This document shows positions 9,978 to 21,940 of a stretch of DNA of 64,000 bases, piece by piece. The position numbers and the translations under genes were made by a program. How positions within the stretch are numbered: position 1 is the first letter of the stretch; every line of letters starts with the position of its first letter. The stretch comes from Pseudomonadota bacterium (GTDB lineage: Bacteria; Pseudomonadota; Alphaproteobacteria; Acetobacterales; Acetobacteraceae): positions 845 through 64,844 of the forward strand of contig JAJZGI010000004.1 in assembly GCA_021798575.1 (NCBI GenBank), in the 5' to 3' direction. A model generated the notes under the pieces. That model was not told the DNA's origin. It ran no database searches and saw only the letters and a program-made list of their open reading frames with translations.

Positions 9978-10688
9978 CTACGCTCTTGAGCGGGGCGATT
10001 TTGGTTCAGCCGACTGAATCTCGAGCCGCATCGTGGTGCCGGAGCCGGGCTCGCTGGAGATATGCAGCGCGCCGCCGGCCTGGCGGGCGATACGCTCGAC
10101 GATCGCGAGACCGAGCCCCCTGCCAGCCGGATTCTCGCGGGTGGTGAAGAACGGCTCCCCCGCACGCACCAGAACCTCGGGCGACATGCCAGCACCGGTA
10201 TCCCGCAGGATGATGGCAAGCCTGCCGCCCGTTCGCTCCACCTCCAGCGTGATCTCGCCGGACTCCCGCGTCGCCTCCGCCGCATTGTTCAGCAGTTCAC
10301 GCAAGGCGAGCTCCAACTGCGCCGGATGTCCGAAAAAGCGGGCCGGCGACATGGTGGAAGTAAAACTGACATGCATTCCTTGCGCCCGCCTGCTCTCCAC
10401 CACGCTGCGGACGAGCGAAAGGATCTCGAGCTTCACGGGTGGCTCGGCGGAGTTGCCTGAGAATACCAGCAGGCGCTGGGCGAACAGGCTCGCGCGCTCG
10501 CCCGCATGGGCCGCGCTCTTGAGATAATCATCAAAGTCCGTGCGGCCGATACGGCTGGCGCGGCTCTGCATCAGTTCAAGATTTCCCAGCATGGCGGTGA
10601 GAAGATTGTTCAGGTCATGCGCGACGTGTGCCGCGAATTCTTCACATTTCTTATCTTCCGACGGCGGGCGTCGCGGCGTTTTTATCAT
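9978..10688 (-). CDS. Soluble minimal sensor histidine kinase (DHp + catalytic domain only)
   Basis: H-box AHVAHDLNNLL, N-box LLNNAAEA, G-boxes DTGAGM and GRGLGL. No transmembrane or sensor domain. Start placed at MIKTPRR because the upstream ORF codons are AT-rich. Confidence 0.8.
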   Translation of the reverse strand: MIKTPRRPPSEDKKCEEFAAHVAHDLNNLLTAMLGNLELMQSRASRIGRTDFDDYLKSAAHAGERASLFAQRLLVFSGNSAEPPVKLEILSLVRSVVESRRAQGMHVSFTSTMSPARFFGHPAQLELALRELLNNAAEATRESGEITLEVERTGGRLAIILRDTGAGMSPEVLVRAGEPFFTTRENPAGRGLGLAIVERIARQAGGALHISSEPGSGTTMRLEIQSAEPKSPRSRA

Positions 10689-10822
10689 GTCTTTTCTATT
10701 ACACTCCCGCCATATTCCTTGAAGTTTACCCAATATAGAGGATACGTTAAGTGGTAATTTCTCCTTCTAGCCATTAAAGCAACCGCGCAGGAAAACAACC
10801 AACTACGGAGCGGAATTTAATC

Positions 10823-11221
10823 ATGTATATTTTGCTCATCGAGGATGATGACGGCGTGGCCGAGCTGGTTGGCACCGGCATGGCGGAGGCCGGGCACCGC
10901 GTGGTGCACGAGCGCGATGGGCAGGCCGGGCTGGCGCAGGCGATGGCGGGCGGGTTCGACGTGATGGTGTTCGACCGGCAGTTGCCCGGCGGGATGGACG
11001 GCACCCAGGTATTGCAGGCGCTGCGGGCGAAAGATGATACGACACCAGTATTGTTTTTATCTGCGCTGGGCGCGTTGCAGGACTGGATGACGGGCCTGGA
11101 CGCGGGGGGCGATGACTATGTTACAAAGCCGTTCCAGTTCGCCGAGCTGTTGCGCCGCGTCGAGGCGCTGCACCAGCGGCATGTGAGCGCCCACGCCGAG
11201 GCCCAGAGCCCGGGCTTGTGA
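10823..11221 (+). CDS. Receiver-only response regulator (OmpR-like receiver, no output domain)
   Basis: ILLIEDDD, VMVFDRQLPGGMDG and DDYVTKPF motifs. The stop falls about 25 residues after the KPF motif. Confidence 0.85.
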   Translation: MYILLIEDDDGVAELVGTGMAEAGHRVVHERDGQAGLAQAMAGGFDVMVFDRQLPGGMDGTQVLQALRAKDDTTPVLFLSALGALQDWMTGLDAGGDDYVTKPFQFAELLRRVEALHQRHVSAHAEAQSPGL

Positions 11222-11350
11222 CCACGCAGACCGACCGGAACCGGCATTGCCTGCATATATTCGTGCGGCGCCAAGTTGCCGGGGGAAACATTCACGGTTA
11301 AGCAAGCCGGGAGCTGTTTTTGAACCCGGGGGCGTGCCGATTTGCATAAA

Positions 11351-12556
11351 ATGAGTTTTCGCAGCGTTGCTGCCTTTGCGGCTTTCTCGCTCCTCTCGGC
11401 CTGTGGCACCGGGCCCGATACCCAGCTGGGCCAGAATGGGGCCACAGCCTCGGTTTTCGGCTATGCGGTGGCCGATGAGCCGCAGGCGGCGCTGGTCGCC
11501 AGGCAGGTGCTAAATGAGGGCGGGAACGCGGCGGATGCGGCGGCGGCGGCGGGTTTTGCGCTCAGCGTCACCCTGCCCTCCCGCGCCGGGCTGGGCGGTG
11601 GCGGTGCGTGTATCGTGAAAATGCCCCCGCAGGCGCCGGTTGCGATCCTCTTCCCGCCCGGTGCGCCTGCCAGCAGCAGCGGCGCGCGCCCGGCGGCCAT
11701 CCCCACCATGGCGCGCGGCCTGCTCGCCCTGCAGGCGCGCTATGGCGTGTTGCCCGCAGCCAGCGTGATCGCGCCCGCCGAGCGCCTAGCCGGTGACGCC
11801 AGCGTCTCCCCGGCGTTGGAATCCGACCTCCAGGTGGTGGGTAGCGCGCTGCTGGATGACCCATCCGCGGCGGCGATTTTTGCGCCCAATGGCAGCCTGC
11901 TGCCTACTGGCGGCAATTTGGTGCAGCCGGACCTCGCGGCGACGCTGGAGGTTTTGCGTACCCAGGATGTCCAGGGGTTTTATGCCGGCGGCTTCGCCCA
12001 GCAGTTCGTGGCGGGCGCGGATGCCGCCGGCGGCGGGCTAAGCACGGCGGACCTGGACGACGCGACGCCGAAATTCGTGACGCCGGTGCTGGGCAGCGAG
12101 GACCATTTTGACACCGCGATGCTGCCGACCAGCCCGGCGGATGGCCAGGCGCTGCCGGCCTCGGCGGGGTTCGCGGTGCTGGATAAAAATGGCGGCGTGG
12201 TCGCCTGCACCGTGACGATGAATAATCTGTTCGGCACGGGGCGGATCGCGACGGGCACCGGCGTGCTGCTCGCGGCCTCGCCCCGCACCGGCCCGACGCC
12301 GCAGCTCGCCGCGGGCATCGCCTATCAGCCGGGGAGCATGAAATTCCGCGCGGCTGCCACCGGCACCGGCGAGGCGGGGGCTGCCGACGCGGCGCGCACC
12401 GCGCTGGCCGATGCGCTCGCGCAATCCCAGGCCCAGGCGCAGGCATTGGTGCCAGCCCCCGGGCGGGCGAATGTGATCTCCTGCCCTGGCGGGGACGGCG
12501 CGTGCAGCGCCCAGGCGGACCCGCGCGGCCAGGGCCTGGCCGTCGGCGGGCCTTAG
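11351..12556 (+). CDS. Gamma-glutamyltransferase-family lipoprotein, shortened and probably non-canonical
   Basis: Lipobox FSLLSAC. NEGGNAADAAAAAGFALSV...GLGGGG matches the GGT N-terminal region and FAVLDKNGGVVACTVTMNNLFGTG matches the GGT small-subunit start. About 400 aa versus about 550 aa for typical GGT. Confidence 0.7.
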   Translation: MSFRSVAAFAAFSLLSACGTGPDTQLGQNGATASVFGYAVADEPQAALVARQVLNEGGNAADAAAAAGFALSVTLPSRAGLGGGGACIVKMPPQAPVAILFPPGAPASSSGARPAAIPTMARGLLALQARYGVLPAASVIAPAERLAGDASVSPALESDLQVVGSALLDDPSAAAIFAPNGSLLPTGGNLVQPDLAATLEVLRTQDVQGFYAGGFAQQFVAGADAAGGGLSTADLDDATPKFVTPVLGSEDHFDTAMLPTSPADGQALPASAGFAVLDKNGGVVACTVTMNNLFGTGRIATGTGVLLAASPRTGPTPQLAAGIAYQPGSMKFRAAATGTGEAGAADAARTALADALAQSQAQAQALVPAPGRANVISCPGGDGACSAQADPRGQGLAVGGP

Positions 12557-12638
12557 GAAACCCCCCCTTTCCAGACATAAAAACATCCAATATCAGGTGC
12601 GGGAGTGAAACCATGCTGCGGGTTGGAGTGAACGAGAC

Positions 12639-13388
12639 ATGAAATTGCTGGTCGCCGTGAAACGGGTGGTGGATTACAACGTGAAGGTTCGGGTGAAGTC
12701 CGACCATAGCGCCGTGGAGACCGCCGGGGTGAAGATGTCGATGAACCCGTTCGACGAGATCGCCGTCGAGGAGGCGGTGCGGCTGAAGGAAAAGGGCGCC
12801 GTGACCGAGATCATCGCGCTCTCCGCCGGGGTGACCCAGGCGCAGGAGACGATCCGCACCGCGCTCGCCATGGGGGCCGACCGGGGCATTCTGGTCGAGA
12901 CCGAGGTGGCGCTGGAGCCGTTGGCTGTGGCCAAACTGCTACAGGCGGTGGCGAAAAAGGAGTCGGTCGACCTCGTGTTGCTCGGCAAACAGGCGATCGA
13001 CGACGACATGAACGCGACCGGCCAGATGCTGGCCGCACTGCTCGGCTGGCCACAGGGGACGTTTGCCAGCAAAGTCGAGATCGCCGACGGCAAGGCCACG
13101 GTGACGCGCGAGGTGGACGGCGGGCTGGAGACGGTGGAGCTGCAACTCCCCGCCGTGGTGACCGCAGATTTGCGACTGAACGAGCCGCGCTACGCCTCCC
13201 TGCCGAACATCATGAAGGCGCGCAAGAAGACCATCGACGTGGTGAAGCCGGAAGATCTGGGCGTGGATGTGACGCCGCGCCTGACCACGCTGAGCGTGGC
13301 CGAGCCGCCTGCCCGCAAGGCCGGTATCAAGGTGCCGGACGTCGCGACCCTGCTGGACAAGCTACGCAATGAAGCGAAGGTGATCTGA
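12639..13388 (+). CDS. etfB: Electron transfer flavoprotein beta subunit
   Basis: [21 protein letters not shown]-terminus and full-length similarity by eye. Confidence 0.93.
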   Translation: MKLLVAVKRVVDYNVKVRVKSDHSAVETAGVKMSMNPFDEIAVEEAVRLKEKGAVTEIIALSAGVTQAQETIRTALAMGADRGILVETEVALEPLAVAKLLQAVAKKESVDLVLLGKQAIDDDMNATGQMLAALLGWPQGTFASKVEIADGKATVTREVDGGLETVELQLPAVVTADLRLNEPRYASLPNIMKARKKTIDVVKPEDLGVDVTPRLTTLSVAEPPARKAGIKVPDVATLLDKLRNEAKVI

Positions 13389-13390
13389 CT

Positions 13391-14320
13391 ATGGTTTCTC
13401 TTGTTTTGATCGATTTTGACGATACCGGCATCAAGCAGCCCGCGCGCTCGGCGGTCGCCGCGGCGCTGAAACTGGGTGAGGTGCATGCGCTGGTCGCCGG
13501 TGCCGGGGTTGGCAGTGCGGCGCAGGCGGCGGCGAAGATTGCGGGCGTCACAAAGGTGCTGGTCGCCGATGATGCGAGCCTCGGCCATGCCCTGGCCGAG
13601 CCGCTGGCGGCGCTGATCGTGGGTCTGGCGGGCGGATACTCCCACCTGCTCAGCGCGGCGACGGCGTCAGGCAAAAACGTGATGCCGCGCGTGGCGGCCC
13701 TGTTGGATGTGCAGCCGCTCAGCGATATCTCGGACGTGGTGGACGCCGATACCTTCGTGCGGCCGATCTATGCCGGCAACGCACTGGCGACCGTGAAATC
13801 CTCCGACGCCAAAAAGGTGATCACCGTGCGGGCCTCCAGCTTCGACCCCGTAGCGGCTGAAGGCGGAAATGCTGGTATCGAGAATATCACCGTGGCGTCG
13901 GTGCCTTGCATCTCCCGATACATCTCGTCCGAGCTCTCCAAGAGTGAGCGGCCGGAGCTGACCGCGGCGAAGATCATCGTCTCGGGCGGGCGGGGGATGC
14001 AGAATGGCGAGAATTTCACCAAATTGCTCGATCCGCTGGCGGACCGGCTGGGTGCGGCCGTCGGCGCCTCACGCGCGGCGGTGGATGCGGGCTATGTGCC
14101 CAACGACTATCAGGTCGGCCAGACCGGCAAGATCGTGGCACCGGAGCTATATATCGCGGTGGGTATCTCGGGCGCCATCCAGCATCTGGCGGGCATGAAG
14201 GACAGCAAGGTGATCGTCGCGATCAACAAGGACGAGGACGCGCCGATCTTCCAGGTGGCGGACTACGGGCTGGTGGGGGATCTGTTCACCATCCTGCCTG
14301 AGTTGGAAAAATCCCTGTGA
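13391..14320 (+). CDS. etfA: Electron transfer flavoprotein alpha subunit
   Basis: The C-terminal FAD region has the [14 protein letters not shown] motif. Begins 2 nt after etfB. Confidence 0.93.
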   Translation: MVSLVLIDFDDTGIKQPARSAVAAALKLGEVHALVAGAGVGSAAQAAAKIAGVTKVLVADDASLGHALAEPLAALIVGLAGGYSHLLSAATASGKNVMPRVAALLDVQPLSDISDVVDADTFVRPIYAGNALATVKSSDAKKVITVRASSFDPVAAEGGNAGIENITVASVPCISRYISSELSKSERPELTAAKIIVSGGRGMQNGENFTKLLDPLADRLGAAVGASRAAVDAGYVPNDYQVGQTGKIVAPELYIAVGISGAIQHLAGMKDSKVIVAINKDEDAPIFQVADYGLVGDLFTILPELEKSL

Positions 14321-15192
14321 GCATCTCGCGCGTGGGCGTGATCGGCGCCGGGCTGATGGGCAATGGCATCGCCCATGCGGCCCTGCTGGCCGGGCTCGAG
14401 GTGACGCTGGTGGATATGTTCGAGGCGGCGCTGCCCAAGGCGGTTGCGACCATGACGAAGAACATGGAGCGCCAGGTTACGCGGGGAGCGCTGGCGGCGC
14501 AGGATTCGGCGGATGCCCTGGCCCGCCTCACCACCAGCACGGACTATGCGAGCCTCACGGGCGCGGAGCTGGTCATCGAGGCCGCACCCGAGCGCGAGGC
14601 GGTGAAGGCGGCGATCTATAAGGCGTTGGAGCCGGTGATCGGGCCGGAGGTTATCCTGGCGTCCAACACCTCGTCCATCTCCATCACCCGGCTGGGCGCG
14701 CTGAGCGGCCGGGCGGACCGGTTCATCGGGATGCATTTTTTTAATCCGGTGCCGATGATGCGGCTGGTGGAGATCATCCGCGGGATCGCGACCAGTGAGG
14801 AAACCTATGCCACCGCCTGCGCGCTGGCCAAAAAACTGGGCAAGACCATCGCCACGGCGGAGGATTCACCCAGCTTCATCGTCAACCGTATCCTCTGCCC
14901 AATGGTCAATGAGGCGATATTCGTGCTCCATGAGGGCACCGGCACGGTGGCCTCGATCGACGCCGGGATGAAACTGGGCGCGAACCACCCGATGGGGCCG
15001 CTGGAACTGGCCGATTTTGTCGGGCTGGATACGCTACTGGAGGTGATGCGCGTGATGCACGCCGGGCTGGGCGAGGATAAATACCGGCCTTGCCCGCTGC
15101 TGGTGAAATATGTCGACGCCGGATGGTTCGGGCGCAAATCCGGCCGTGGTTTTTATGACTATTCGGTCACACCGCCGCGACCAACCCTGTAG
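14317..15192 (+). CDS. hbd: 3-hydroxybutyryl-CoA / 3-hydroxyacyl-CoA dehydrogenase
   Basis: [14 protein letters not shown] Rossmann motif and HFFNPVP motif. GTGA overlap with the etfA stop. Confidence 0.9.
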   Translation: MSISRVGVIGAGLMGNGIAHAALLAGLEVTLVDMFEAALPKAVATMTKNMERQVTRGALAAQDSADALARLTTSTDYASLTGAELVIEAAPEREAVKAAIYKALEPVIGPEVILASNTSSISITRLGALSGRADRFIGMHFFNPVPMMRLVEIIRGIATSEETYATACALAKKLGKTIATAEDSPSFIVNRILCPMVNEAIFVLHEGTGTVASIDAGMKLGANHPMGPLELADFVGLDTLLEVMRVMHAGLGEDKYRPCPLLVKYVDAGWFGRKSGRGFYDYSVTPPRPTL

Positions 15193-15199
15193 GAGTTGC

Positions 15200-15688
15200 T
15201 CAGGCACCCGCCTGCGACGGCCCGGGCTGGGGTAATGAAGCCGCCGGGCCGTACACGCTGCGCGCGCGTTTGAGAAAGGCGTTCACCATCACCCGCACGG
15301 CCTCGGTGAACACCGCGCCGATGGCCTTTTGCAGCACAAAATTGCGGAACTCGAAATCCACATAGAAATCCACCATGCAGCCCTGCGGGTGTGGCGCAAA
15401 TTTCCATTGATTGTTGAGATATTTGAACGGCCCGTTCTCATATTTCACGTCGATCGCGCAGGCGCCGCTGGCATCGGGCGGGGTGAGCTGGACGCGCGAG
15501 GTGAAACTCTCGCGGAACGGGCCAAAGCCGATGGTGAGATCCGCCACCATCTGATTACCGACATGGCTGCGGACGCGCGCGCCCACACACCAGGGCAGAA
15601 AGCTGGGATATTTTCCGACGTCCGCCACCAGCGCGAAGAGCTGGTCCGGCGTATAGGGCACAAGTTTTTTTTCGGTATAGGTGGTCAC
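15200..15688 (-). CDS. SRPBCC-fold RatA / COQ10-like protein
   Basis: N-terminal [23 protein letters not shown] motif. 4-nt overlap with the lipA stop, an arrangement common in alphaproteobacteria. Confidence 0.8.
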   Translation of the reverse strand: MTTYTEKKLVPYTPDQLFALVADVGKYPSFLPWCVGARVRSHVGNQMVADLTIGFGPFRESFTSRVQLTPPDASGACAIDVKYENGPFKYLNNQWKFAPHPQGCMVDFYVDFEFRNFVLQKAIGAVFTEAVRVMVNAFLKRARSVYGPAASLPQPGPSQAGA

Positions 15689-16641
15689 TTCCGGCTGGCA
15701 CCCTCACGCGCGGCCCGCAACGCCGCGAAATCCGCATCCGCATGGTAGGAGCTGCGGGTGAGCGGCGTGGCGGAGACCTGCAAGAACCCCTTGGCGCGCG
15801 CCATGGTGGCATAATCCTCGAATTCCTCCGGCGTCACGTACCGGTCCACCGCCGCGTGCTTCACGCTGGGTTGCAGATATTGCCCGATGGTCAGAAAATC
15901 CACATCCGCGATCCGCAGATCATCCATCACCTGGCCGATCTCGCCGCGTGATTCGCCCAGCCCCACCATCAGGCCGGATTTGGTGAACATGGCGGGGTCG
16001 ATCTGCTTCACCTGGTCCAGCAGGCGCAGGCTCTGGTAGTAGCGCGCGCCGGGGCGGATGGCGGGGTAGAGCCGGGGTACGGTCTCGAGGTTATGGTTAT
16101 AGACGTCGGGCCGGGCCGCCACCACCAGGTTCACCGCGCCGGATTTGCGCAGAAAATCCGGCGTGAGGATCTCGATGGTTGTATCCGGTGCGGCGGCGCG
16201 GATGGCGGTGATGACGGCGGCAAAGTGCGCCGCCCCACCGTCGGCCACGTCATCACGGTCCACCGAGGTGATGACGACATGGCGCAGGCCGAGCGTGGCC
16301 ACGGCGTGGGCCACGCGCGCGGGCTCGGTGGCATCCAGCGGGGCAGGCAGGCCGGTCGAGACATTGCAGAAGGCGCAGGCGCGGGTGCAGATCTCGCCGC
16401 CGATCATCATGGTGGCATGGCGCTGGCTCCAGCACTCCCCGATGTTCGGGCAGGCGGCCTCCTCACACACCGTCACCAGCCCCTGGGCACGCATCAAGGC
16501 CCGGGTTTCCAGGTACACGGGGTGCGTGGGCGCCTTCACCCGGATCCAGGCCGGTTTGCGGCTGATCGGATGGTCCGGCCTGCCCTGCTTCTCTGGGTGG
16601 CGAACCCGACGGTCGATCTCGATACGGGTGGTCGTGCTCAT
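15685..16641 (-). CDS. lipA: Lipoyl synthase
   Basis: Cys clusters [13 protein letters not shown] and [10 protein letters not shown]. Confidence 0.95.
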   Translation of the reverse strand: MSTTTRIEIDRRVRHPEKQGRPDHPISRKPAWIRVKAPTHPVYLETRALMRAQGLVTVCEEAACPNIGECWSQRHATMMIGGEICTRACAFCNVSTGLPAPLDATEPARVAHAVATLGLRHVVITSVDRDDVADGGAAHFAAVITAIRAAAPDTTIEILTPDFLRKSGAVNLVVAARPDVYNHNLETVPRLYPAIRPGARYYQSLRLLDQVKQIDPAMFTKSGLMVGLGESRGEIGQVMDDLRIADVDFLTIGQYLQPSVKHAAVDRYVTPEEFEDYATMARAKGFLQVSATPLTRSSYHADADFAALRAAREGASRK

Positions 16642-16662
16642 CGGCTTGTCCTCATGCGCGAG

Positions 16663-18060
<1,398 letters not shown>

Positions 18061-18110
18061 GTTCATGTTCCTCAAATGTTTGCGTCAGCGATATCGGGTT
18101 CAGATCAATA

Positions 18111-18148
18111 TTGGTTTAGGTCGAATCGCCAGATTCGAGCCAAACCAA
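18111..18148. repeat. Intercistronic imperfect hairpin between pdhC and lpd
   Basis: TTGGTTT agg TCGAATC gcca GATTCGA gcc AAACCAA. Two 7-bp stems are separated by a 3-nt partly mismatched segment. Confidence 0.5.
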
Positions 18149-18171
18149 TGAAATTGATCGACAAACAAAGC

Positions 18172-19440
18172 CTAGAGCAGCAGCCCCAGCGGGGCCTCCA
18201 GAAGCCCTTTGAGCGTCGCCATGAACTGCGCCGCCAATGCGCCATCCATCACCCGGTGGTCGCAGGTGAGGGTCATGCTCATCATGGTCGCCATCGCCAG
18301 CGCGCCGTCCTTCACCACCGCGCGCGGCACGCCGGCACCGACCGCCAGGATCGCCGCCTGCGGCGGATTGATGATGGCGGTGAATTCCGCGATGCCATAC
18401 ATGCCGAGGTTGGAGATGGAGAATCCGCCGCCCTGGTATTCATCGGGCTTGAGCTTGCCCGCCTTCGCCCGCGCGCCGAGATCCTGCATGGTCCGGCTGA
18501 TCGCGGGCAGCCCCTGCACATCCGCCTTGCGGATGATCGGCGTGATCAGCCCCTCGGGGATCGCCACGGCGACGGAGATATCCACATCGTCGTAGAGGAT
18601 CATCGCCGCCTCGGTATAGCTGGCGTTCACCTGCGGGTGGCGGCGCAGCGCCAGGGCGCAGGCTTTGATCACGAGGTCATTCACCGAGAGTTTGAACGCG
18701 CCCGCGCCATCCTTCGGCGAGGTGGCGTTCAGCTCGGCGCGGAGTTTCAGCAGCGTGTCGATCTCGATATGCGCGGTCATGAAGAAATGCGGCACGCTCT
18801 GCTGAACCTCGGTGAGCCGCCGGGCGATGACCTTGCGCATCGAGGAGTTCGGCACCTTGCGGTGCGCCATGCCCGCGAACATGTCTTCTGCGCCGCCCGC
18901 CGCCGGGGTGGCGGGTTTGGCCGGTGCGGGTGCCGCAGCCGGGGCGCCGTTTGCGGATAAATCCGCCACCACGATCCGCCCGTTCGGGCCGGAGCCTTTG
19001 AGGGTGGAGAGATCGATGCCCGACTGTTTGGCCATGCGCCGGGCCAGCGGCGAGGCAAAGATTCGGTCCGCCTCGGCGGTTTTTGGCGCTGGCGGCGCGG
19101 CTTTCGGCGCTTCGGGTGCTGCGGGTTCGGCTTTCGGTGTCACCGGCGCTTTGGGCTCGGGCTTGGCCGGTGCCTTTGGCGCTTCCACCGCGCCACCCTT
19201 GGTCTCGGTCATCACGCCGATCACCGCATTCACCGCCACGCCCTCGGTGCCGTCCTGCACGATGATCTTGGCGAGAAAACCCTCATCCACCGCTTCCACC
19301 TCCATCGTCGCCTTGTCGGTCTCGATCTCGGCCAGTACATCGCCGGATTTGATCTCCTCGCCCTCTTTTTTCAGCCAGCGCGAGAGCTTGCCCTCCGTCA
19401 TCGTGGGCGAGAGCGCCGGCATCAATATATTCGTGGACAT
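18172..19440 (-). CDS. pdhC: Pyruvate dehydrogenase E2 dihydrolipoamide acetyltransferase
   Basis: N-terminal lipoyl domain ([12 protein letters not shown]), Ala/Pro-rich linker, catalytic DHRVMDG. Confidence 0.93.
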   Translation of the reverse strand: MSTNILMPALSPTMTEGKLSRWLKKEGEEIKSGDVLAEIETDKATMEVEAVDEGFLAKIIVQDGTEGVAVNAVIGVMTETKGGAVEAPKAPAKPEPKAPVTPKAEPAAPEAPKAAPPAPKTAEADRIFASPLARRMAKQSGIDLSTLKGSGPNGRIVVADLSANGAPAAAPAPAKPATPAAGGAEDMFAGMAHRKVPNSSMRKVIARRLTEVQQSVPHFFMTAHIEIDTLLKLRAELNATSPKDGAGAFKLSVNDLVIKACALALRRHPQVNASYTEAAMILYDDVDISVAVAIPEGLITPIIRKADVQGLPAISRTMQDLGARAKAGKLKPDEYQGGGFSISNLGMYGIAEFTAIINPPQAAILAVGAGVPRAVVKDGALAMATMMSMTLTCDHRVMDGALAAQFMATLKGLLEAPLGLLL

Positions 19441-19451
19441 GAATCATCCCC

Positions 19452-20783
19452 TCAAAATAATTTTTTTACGGCGTCCACGACCCAGCCCGGCTGGGGCAAC
19501 GCGAGCTTCTCGAGGTTAGCGGCATAGGGCATCGGCACGTCAAGCCCGGCGACGCGGACGGGCGGCGCGTCCAGCCAGTCGAAGCAGTGCTCCGTCACCG
19601 TCATCGCGATCTCGGCGCCGATGCCGGCAAACGGCCAGCCCTCCTCCACGCTCACGACACGGCTGGTCTTTTTCACGCTCGCCACGATGGTCTCGACGTC
19701 CAGCGGGCGAATGCTCCGCAGGTTGATCACCTCGGCGGAGATCCCCTGGCTCTCCAAAGCCTCAGCCGCCTTCAAGGCGACATCCACCATGATCGAGAAC
19801 GCGATGATCGTCACATCCGTACCCACGCGCTCGATCTTTGCGCGGCCGATGGGCAGGATGAAGTCGTCCGAGACCGGGCAGTCGAAACTATGGCCGTAGA
19901 GGATCTCGTTCTCCAGGAAGATCACCGGATTCGGATCGCGGATGGCGGCGCGCAGCAGCCCCTTGGCGTCGGCGGCGGACCACGGAGCCAGCACCTTAAG
20001 CCCCGGGCAGTGCGCGTACCAGGAGGCGTAGCACTGGCTGTGCTGCGCGCCAACGCGTGCCGCCGCACCATTGGGGCCACGGAACACGATGGGGCAGCCC
20101 ATCTGGCCGCCGGACATATAGAGCGTTTTGGCGGCGGAATTAATGATCTGGTCAACCGCCTGCATCGCGAAATTGAAGGTCATGAACTCGACGATGGGTT
20201 TCAGCCCGTTCATCGCCGCACCCACCGCCATGCCGGTGAAGCCATGCTCGGTGATCGGCGTGTCGATCACGCGCCTGGGGCCGAATTCATCCAGCATACC
20301 CTGGCTGATTTTATAGGCGCCTTGATACTGCGCGACCTCCTCGCCCATTAAAAAAACATCCGCATCGGCGCGCATCTCGAGGTTCATCGCCTCGCGTAGC
20401 GCCTCGCGCACGGTGGTGGGCTTCGTCTCGCCCCATTCGGGGTCGTGCAACTCCTGCGATGTGACGGCGGCATGCGCGGGCTTTGGCGCAGGCGCCGCCA
20501 TGGGCGGGGCTGCGGCGGGTTTTGGCGCGACGGGTGCGGCGTCCTCCGCGTTCATCACGCCGATCACCGCGTTCACCGCCACACCCTCCGTGCCCTCCGG
20601 CACCAGAATTTTCGAGAGCACGCCCTCATCCACCGCTTCCACCTCCATCGTCGCCTTGTCGGTCTCGATCTCGGCGATCACATCACCCGACTTTACCGCA
20701 TCGCCGGGCTGCTTCAGCCATTTGGCGAGTTTGCCCTCGGTCATGGTGGGGGAGAGTGCGGGCATTAGAATATCGATGGCCAT
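19452..20783 (-). CDS. pdhB: Pyruvate dehydrogenase E1 beta subunit with N-terminal lipoyl domain
   Basis: Lipoyl domain ([12 protein letters not shown]) fused to a transketolase-like E1 beta. Start placed at [13 protein letters not shown], 2 nt after the pdhA stop. Confidence 0.93.
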   Translation of the reverse strand: MAIDILMPALSPTMTEGKLAKWLKQPGDAVKSGDVIAEIETDKATMEVEAVDEGVLSKILVPEGTEGVAVNAVIGVMNAEDAAPVAPKPAAAPPMAAPAPKPAHAAVTSQELHDPEWGETKPTTVREALREAMNLEMRADADVFLMGEEVAQYQGAYKISQGMLDEFGPRRVIDTPITEHGFTGMAVGAAMNGLKPIVEFMTFNFAMQAVDQIINSAAKTLYMSGGQMGCPIVFRGPNGAAARVGAQHSQCYASWYAHCPGLKVLAPWSAADAKGLLRAAIRDPNPVIFLENEILYGHSFDCPVSDDFILPIGRAKIERVGTDVTIIAFSIMVDVALKAAEALESQGISAEVINLRSIRPLDVETIVASVKKTSRVVSVEEGWPFAGIGAEIAMTVTEHCFDWLDAPPVRVAGLDVPMPYAANLEKLALPQPGWVVDAVKKLF

Positions 20784-20785
20784 GC

Positions 20786-21796
20786 TCAAGCCTCCACCAG
20801 AATATCGGTCCATAGCTCGGCGGCATCGGGCTCGGGCGAGCTTTGGGCAAAATCCGCCGCCTCCTGCACCCGCGCCTTGATGTCATTGTCCAGCTGCTTC
20901 AGCGTCTCCTCGGTCACACCCTGCGCCTCCAGCAGTTTTTTGGCGGAATCCAGACAGTCATGCTCGGCGCGCATGCGCTGCACCTCCTCCCGCGTGCGAT
21001 ACTTCGCCGGGTCCGACATTGAATGGCCACGGTAGCGATAGGTTTTCATCTCCAGCAGGAACGGCCCCTTGCCCGCCCGGCAATGCGCCACCGCCTGGTC
21101 CCCGGCGGCCTTCACCGCCAGCACATCCATGCCATCCACCGAGAAGCTGGGCATCCCCCACGGTGCGCCGTTCAGCGATAAATCCCGCGAGGCGGAGGAG
21201 CGCTCGACGCTCGTGCCCATCGAGTAGCGGTTATTCTCAATGATGAAGACCACCGGCAGCTTCATCAGACTCGCGAGGTTGAAGCTCTCGTACACCTGGC
21301 CCTGGTTGGACGCCCCTTCGCCAAAATAGGTCAGGCTCACCCGGTCGTTCCCACGGTACCAGTTGGAAAAAGCGAGCCCGGTACCGAGGCTGACCTGCGC
21401 CCCCACGATACCGTGGCCGCCGAAAAACCCTTTCTCCTTGCTGAACATATGCATGGAGCCGCCCTTGCCGCGCGAATAGCCGCCGATGCGCCCGGTGAGT
21501 TCCGCCATCACGCCTTTGGGGTCCATATCGCACGCCAGCATATGCCCGTGGTCGCGGTAGGAGGTGATCACCTCATCGCCCGGGCCGATGGCGAGCTGCA
21601 TCCCCACCACCACCGCCTCTTGCCCGATGTAGAGATGGCAGAACCCGGCGACCAGCCCCATGCCATAGAGCTGCCCGGCTTTCTCCTCGAACCGTCGGAT
21701 CAGCAGCATCTTGCCATAGGCGGCGAGCAATAGCTCCTGATCGACCGCGGGGGCGGATTTTTTGGTTTTGCGGGCTTTATCCTGGGTAGCGGCCAT
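20786..21796 (-). CDS. pdhA: Pyruvate dehydrogenase E1 alpha subunit
   Basis: Thiamine-diphosphate motif region [13 protein letters not shown] and [11 protein letters not shown]. Confidence 0.93.
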   Translation of the reverse strand: MAATQDKARKTKKSAPAVDQELLLAAYGKMLLIRRFEEKAGQLYGMGLVAGFCHLYIGQEAVVVGMQLAIGPGDEVITSYRDHGHMLACDMDPKGVMAELTGRIGGYSRGKGGSMHMFSKEKGFFGGHGIVGAQVSLGTGLAFSNWYRGNDRVSLTYFGEGASNQGQVYESFNLASLMKLPVVFIIENNRYSMGTSVERSSASRDLSLNGAPWGMPSFSVDGMDVLAVKAAGDQAVAHCRAGKGPFLLEMKTYRYRGHSMSDPAKYRTREEVQRMRAEHDCLDSAKKLLEAQGVTEETLKQLDNDIKARVQEAADFAQSSPEPDAAELWTDILVEA

Positions 21797-21898
21797 GCGG
21801 CGAACTCCACGGTTGAAATGTTGCTTCCCCGCACGTAGCCCGGAGTTTTTCCGGTTTGCAAGCGGACGATCGGAAAAAGCACCATTGCGCGCTGCAAT

Positions 21899-21933
21899 AG
21901 TCTTAATTAACCAAAAATTGGTTAATTAAGACT
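21899..21933. repeat. Perfect 35-bp AT-rich palindrome (16-bp arms, 3-nt centre), candidate operator or RNA stem
   Basis: AGTCTTAATTAACCAA aaa TTGGTTAATTAAGACT, verified base by base. Lies 103-137 nt upstream of the pdhA start and 97 nt downstream of the ftsB stop. Confidence 0.6.
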
Positions 21934-21940
21934 TTCTGCC

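Noticed and set aside
10823-11221. Calling the receiver-only regulator a pseudogene
   Set aside because: The receiver is intact with a clean stop. The 120 nt downstream show no winged-helix remnant, and single-domain regulators are common. It is kept as a CDS and flagged only as a finding.
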